A stretch of DNA of 51,691 nucleotides from a virus. Below the pieces are notes generated by a model, which saw nothing but the letters and a program-made list of their open reading frames with translations, made no database searches and had not been told where the DNA came from. The stretch spans positions 1 to 51,691 of the IMG/VR virus record IMGVR_UViG_3300033075_001734. One strand, written 5' to 3'. The translations under genes and the position numbers were made by a program. Below are positions 48,119 through 51,691 of the stretch, piece by piece; the stretch's first letter is position 1; each line of letters starts with the position of its first letter.

Positions 48119-48297
48119 ATAAAATTCCTCTCCCAGGTGAATTATGGAAATATCACCAATTATGGGATGGGCCTCCGATAACTGATTATAATAATTTTAT
48201 ATTCATTGTGACGTTGATATCAACGTCACAATTGTCTTGTTTTGAAAAATGGTATAATACAATACGTTATGATTTCATATTATACTGAAATGTACAT
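48115..48297 (+). CDS. Small hypothetical protein, 'IP-PGELW' family member 2 (~60 aa; below the ORF-track cutoff)
   Basis: It has ATGA overlap. The N-terminus MNKIPLPGELWKYHQLW is paralogous to the previous ORF. It contains a 28-bp perfect palindrome. Confidence 0.25.
48205..48258 (+). promoter_or_regulatory. 28-bp perfect palindrome ATTGTGACGTTGAT|ATCAACGTCACAAT followed by extended -10 element TGgTATAAT
   Basis: It is seen directly. The palindrome spans 48205..48232. TGGTATAAT is at 48250..48258, 45 nt upstream of the GTG start of ORF 48303. Confidence 0.35.
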
Positions 48298-48302
48298 TTA
48301 TT

Positions 48303-48521
48303 GTGAATGATTCAAATCAAAAATTAGTTCGTGATGCCGTTAAAGTAACAGGTGATTATCTTAAAGATAAACTTGTTGCAAATCAATTTCATAAAGTTCG
48401 TAATTCATACGCTCATGTTTGGGAACGAATTAAATGGAAGTTCGGTATGTCTTATAAAGAGTGTACTAATGAACAAACAGTTGATATTATTATCTTCATT
48501 AAAGGGTTAGAAAATGAATAA
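48303..48521 (+). CDS. Hypothetical protein (72 aa, GTG start)
   Basis: ORF downstream of TGgTATAAT extended -10 element. Confidence 0.3.
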   Translation: MNDSNQKLVRDAVKVTGDYLKDKLVANQFHKVRNSYAHVWERIKWKFGMSYKECTNEQTVDIIIFIKGLENE

Positions 48522-48954
48522 AAAACGTTTTAAGTTTCAAATTCCTATTGGTGATTGGTCTGATGACGGTCATGGAAAGTGTGAGTATTTTACAGCATCA
48601 TCATTTAAAACATTTGAAGATGTTTGTAAAGCATATGAAAAAGCGAAAGAAAAATTCAAGGATGATAATTTTTCTCCTGAATCATTTTGCGATGAATATG
48701 AATCTGCAGCTGTTGATCCAAATACTTTTCAATTGATGAAAAAACATGGATTTATCAAGGGTGATATAGATGATCTTGAAGATTTTTACATAGATGAAAT
48801 GGCAGATTTTGTTGTTTGGTTCTTAAATCAAGGTGATCCTGAATTAAATGTTAAACTTGATAATAAACCTGTCCCATGTTTGAATAATTGGCAATATGCA
48901 GAAATTGTTAAAGGAAAAACGCTTGGTCAATTTGGTTATGGAATGTTCAGTTGA
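48514..48954 (+). CDS. Hypothetical acidic protein (146 aa)
   Basis: ORF; overlaps previous by 8 nt. Confidence 0.35.
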   Translation: MNKKRFKFQIPIGDWSDDGHGKCEYFTASSFKTFEDVCKAYEKAKEKFKDDNFSPESFCDEYESAAVDPNTFQLMKKHGFIKGDIDDLEDFYIDEMADFVVWFLNQGDPELNVKLDNKPVPCLNNWQYAEIVKGKTLGQFGYGMFS

Positions 48955-49000
48955 ATTGCGTAATAATTGAGTTTCCATATTCTGGCGACGAAGGGAAAAA

Positions 49001-49816
49001 ATGAAATTAGCTTGGGTATCAGATACACATCTTGATTACGTCACAGATGATAATTTAATCACGTTTGCTGAGTCGCTTATTGTGGATAATCCTTCTGGGA
49101 TAATTTTAACTGGCGATATTTCGAATGCGAAAAAACTAACATATCATCTTTCTGCAATTGAAAAAATTGTCGATAGACCCATTTATTTTGTTCTTGGAAA
49201 TCATGATTTTTATGGTTCTGGAATTGAAACAACACGTAAAAATATGCGTGATACAGTTGCAATGTCGCAATTTTTACGTTATATGTCAATTACACCTTAC
49301 ATAACGTTATCGCCAACGTCTGTGATTTTAGGTCATGATTGTTGGTATGATGCATTAAATGGTGATCCACATGATGGACGAATGGTTCTTAATGATTGGA
49401 TTTACATTCAGGAATATTTGGGTAAAAATCAAGATGAGATCATTGCATATTCTCGTAAATTAGCTGTTGAAGGTGCTGTTCATATAATGAATGGTATTAA
49501 AAAAGCCCTTGCGATTAAGACGATAAAAAACGTTATCGTTCTTTCTCATGTTCCCCCATTTAAAGAAACACATGTATATAATGGAAAAATTAGCGATGAT
49601 TATGCGCAGCCATGGTTTACATCAAAATTGCTAGGTGACATGTTATTAGATGCAGCAAGATCATATCCAAATATAAATTTTACAGTTCTTGCAGGACATA
49701 CTCACGGTAAAGTAGAAGTCAGTAGATTACATAATCTTCATGTAAAAGTTGCAGGTGCTAAATACGGCAGTCCGCGTTTAGCAGATTTAATTCAAGTTGA
49801 CGTATATAAGGAATGA
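49001..49816 (+). CDS. Calcineurin-like metallophosphoesterase
   Basis: The motifs are WVSDTHLD (DxH), ILTGDISN (GD), VLGNHDFYG (GNHD/E), LSHVPP and GHTHG. Confidence 0.7.
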   Translation: MKLAWVSDTHLDYVTDDNLITFAESLIVDNPSGIILTGDISNAKKLTYHLSAIEKIVDRPIYFVLGNHDFYGSGIETTRKNMRDTVAMSQFLRYMSITPYITLSPTSVILGHDCWYDALNGDPHDGRMVLNDWIYIQEYLGKNQDEIIAYSRKLAVEGAVHIMNGIKKALAIKTIKNVIVLSHVPPFKETHVYNGKISDDYAQPWFTSKLLGDMLLDAARSYPNINFTVLAGHTHGKVEVSRLHNLHVKVAGAKYGSPRLADLIQVDVYKE

Positions 49817-50142
49817 AAATGAAAAAAACAGAAGGCACTATGGAAAATTTAAAACCAATCACACAAACAGATGAAGAAATCCAACATATGATTTCACGTT
49901 TAAAAGTCAATTTTGAACAAAACGTGAAATCATACAAGGTCAAAGTCGGACAAAAAGAACGCTATCAGGATTTGATGAAAAGATTTTCAGCTGAAAAGTG
50001 GAAACCTGCAAAAATTGCAAAAATGGTTCGACGTTTAACAAAAGCCGATGAAGAAATTGAACGCGTTGAATTAAATCTTGAAAAATTGAAAGACACACTT
50101 TCCAAACATGGAATTGAAGTCGATGTTGTTCGTAAGCGTTAG
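49813..50142 (+). CDS. Hypothetical coiled-coil protein (109 aa)
   Basis: ORF, ATGA overlap. Confidence 0.3.
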   Translation: MKMKKTEGTMENLKPITQTDEEIQHMISRLKVNFEQNVKSYKVKVGQKERYQDLMKRFSAEKWKPAKIAKMVRRLTKADEEIERVELNLEKLKDTLSKHGIEVDVVRKR

Positions 50143-50177
50143 AAATATTCATATTTTCTTAGTGTAGTTTTTTTCCT

Positions 50178-50217
50178 AATCACGTGATGATAAAAATTCC
50201 TGAGTCATCACGTGATT
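50178..50217. promoter_or_regulatory. 13-bp perfect inverted repeat AATCACGTGATGA-n14-TCATCACGTGATT (candidate operator / hairpin)
   Basis: It is seen directly in the intergenic space before the HNH gene. Each arm contains CACGTG. No U-tract follows it. Confidence 0.4.
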
Positions 50218-50259
50218 GTGCAAAATGGTTTAAATTGTATTATCTTGTTATAGGAACAT

Positions 50260-50793
50260 ATGATGAAACGTGCTCTTCTACTGAATTCTGATTATTCACC
50301 TTTGCATTTTATTAGTGATATCGATGCGATAACGCTTTTTTACAAAGGTCGTGCAGAAGTTGTGTGTGGTATTGATGGTGATTTGTCTGAATGGGACGAA
50401 GTGTATTCATCACCATCGACGAGCATCAGAGTTCCTGCAACAATGCGTGTTATAAAAAGAGTAAATCGTAAATGGAGACAACCTCGTTTTCGCAAGCGTG
50501 TTCTTTTTAATCGAGACAATTGGAAGTGTCAATATTGCAATGCAGTTCTTGTTGCGAAAACAGTAACGATTGAACATGTTTTTCCAAGGTCACGAGGTGG
50601 TACCAACTCTTGGACGAATTGTGTTACAGCATGTAAACCGTGTAATAGGAAAAAAGGCAACAGGACTCCTGAAGAAGCAGGAATGAAATTGTTGTCAAAG
50701 CCAGTTACACCTTCTGCGATGGATTTTTGGGATGCGATGAAATCCAATGTTTGGCACAAAGACTGGGATCTTTTTTTGCAAAAAAATCATTGA
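50260..50793 (+). CDS. HNH endonuclease
   Basis: The HNH motif is CQYCNAVLVAKTVTIEHVFPRSRGGTNSWTNCVTACKPCNRKKGNR. Confidence 0.8.
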   Translation: MMKRALLLNSDYSPLHFISDIDAITLFYKGRAEVVCGIDGDLSEWDEVYSSPSTSIRVPATMRVIKRVNRKWRQPRFRKRVLFNRDNWKCQYCNAVLVAKTVTIEHVFPRSRGGTNSWTNCVTACKPCNRKKGNRTPEEAGMKLLSKPVTPSAMDFWDAMKSNVWHKDWDLFLQKNH

Positions 50794-50811
50794 GGAAGCC
50801 TACGTATTGAA

Positions 50812-50994
50812 ATGAAAATAACGATACGTAGGCTTCGTGAAATTGTGAAAAATTCGTTATCTGGATCAGATCCTAATGAAGCTTATGATCATGACATTAT
50901 TAACGATGAATCCTTTAAGGGAAAAAGTCTTTGTGTAAATAAAAAATCTAAGCGTAAAATACGTAATTGGGTTATTGATATGGGTTTAATGTAA
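50812..50994 (+). CDS. Small hypothetical protein (60 aa)
   Basis: ORF only. Confidence 0.2.
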   Translation: MKITIRRLREIVKNSLSGSDPNEAYDHDIINDESFKGKSLCVNKKSKRKIRNWVIDMGLM

Positions 50995-51015
50995 TTGTGC
51001 GTAATACTTACATGC

Positions 51016-51691
51016 ATGAGTACGTTAAATGTCGGAAAACTACAAAATATTGTTCAACAAGTTTTAATTGAAGAGCGTTTAACAGAACAGTTACGCAAAG
51101 AAATCAAGAGAGTTCTTGGTGTTTCAGTTGTTGTTGACGGTGATTTAAAACAAATCACTTCGGCGGCAAATTTACACGTTGAAACACTTGAAAGAACTGG
51201 TAAAACGTTAAAGGAAAATTTTAATACGTCTCTTTTAATGAAGTTTGCATCGAATAATGATGCAAACGTTCGTGCATTTGTAGCTCGAGTTGCTCCACAA
51301 AAATTACTTTCAAAACTTGCATTTGATAAAAACAATGCAGTTAGAGCAGTCGTTGCTAGAAGATTACCTCTTAATGCTGTTTCTGAAATGCTTAAAAGAT
51401 ATCCTAAAGATGATCAATTACAATTGATACGCAAAGAAAAATCTTTAACGGAAGGTGGATTACCTCAACCTGAAGTTAATTCTGAACCATTTACATTGTA
51501 CGCAGATGAACGTCTTGGTGACGCTATTAAACAATGGGAAGGTGAAGAATTAAGTGATGTTTGGTATCGACAAAAAGCAATTGAATTTATGCAAGATTAT
51601 GGAAGAAATATTGAAGATTGTTGGGAAGAAGCTGTAGTTAAACGTTATGTTTCAAGTGTTAGAGCTACATCGGGAGTATTTATTGATCCTG
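51016..51691 (+). CDS. Partial CDS (runs off window end) with HEAT/PBS-lyase-like repeats
   Basis: An open frame runs from the ATG at 51016 to the window edge (225+ codons). It has repeated 'NDANVRAFVARVAP / NNAVRAVVARRLP' helices. It is not in the ORF track because it has no stop. Confidence 0.4.
   Translation, partial: MSTLNVGKLQNIVQQVLIEERLTEQLRKEIKRVLGVSVVVDGDLKQITSAANLHVETLERTGKTLKENFNTSLLMKFASNNDANVRAFVARVAPQKLLSKLAFDKNNAVRAVVARRLPLNAVSEMLKRYPKDDQLQLIRKEKSLTEGGLPQPEVNSEPFTLYADERLGDAIKQWEGEELSDVWYRQKAIEFMQDYGRNIEDCWEEAVVKRYVSSVRATSGVFIDP

Noticed and set aside
51054-51335. Minus-strand 93-aa ORF near the 3' edge
   Set aside because: A longer uninterrupted plus-strand frame (51016 to the window end) with repeat structure covers the same DNA. 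The minus ORF is most likely spurious.
1-51691. CRISPR arrays, rRNA genes, integrase/attachment sites
   Set aside because: No short regularly spaced direct repeats, no rRNA-like conserved stretches and no tyrosine/serine recombinase motifs were seen. The only repeats are the paralogous protein-coding genes.

Overview
This window reads as a contiguous piece of a tailed-phage (myovirus-like) genome. It is AT-rich by eye (no exact GC computed), with essentially every gene on the + strand, tightly packed, and many ATGA/ATG-overlap junctions. Three blocks can be read from the sequence. (1) 1-24.6 kb is a contractile-tail module. It has two tandem tail-sheath paralogs, a GIY-YIG homing endonuclease, a tail-tube-like protein, a chaperone-like region with overlapping frames, a 1438-aa tape-measure protein, a P2-gpX/LysM-like small protein, and two ~1000-aa tail or baseplate candidates. 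(2) 24.6-38.9 kb is DNA metabolism. It has a family-A DNA polymerase catalytic domain with no exonuclease domain, an HD hydrolase, an SSB-like protein, a zinc-ribbon plus PD-(D/E)xK nuclease overlapping a RecA/UvsX recombinase, a 5'-3' exonuclease/FEN, a DnaB-family helicase, an NrdJ-like ribonucleotide reductase, ThyX, a thymidylate-kinase-like protein and a MazG-like protein. (3) 38.9-51.7 kb is auxiliary genes. It has Hsp20, an HExxH peptidase, a Pol-beta-fold nucleotidyltransferase, two lipoproteins (one an esterase with a beta-rich C-terminal domain), T4-type polynucleotide kinase/phosphatase, a calcineurin-like phosphoesterase, an HNH endonuclease and a partial HEAT-repeat ORF at the 3' edge. 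The most unusual feature is a five-member paralogous gene family (352-567 aa). Members share an N-terminal helical region, an invariant core with a WCIT motif and a C-terminal array of ~23-aa 'HRDNDxPA-x-IY-x-DGSK-x-WY-x-NG' MORN-variant-like repeats. Copies sit directly between the chaperone region, tape measure, baseplate-like genes and the polymerase gene, all co-oriented and translationally coupled to the upstream tail gene. Tracts of 190-259 bp are 100% identical between copies, which indicates ongoing gene conversion or very recent spread. I cannot assign a function to this family. It is the best candidate here for an undescribed (possibly mobile or host-interaction) system. No rRNA, tRNA or CRISPR array was recognised.
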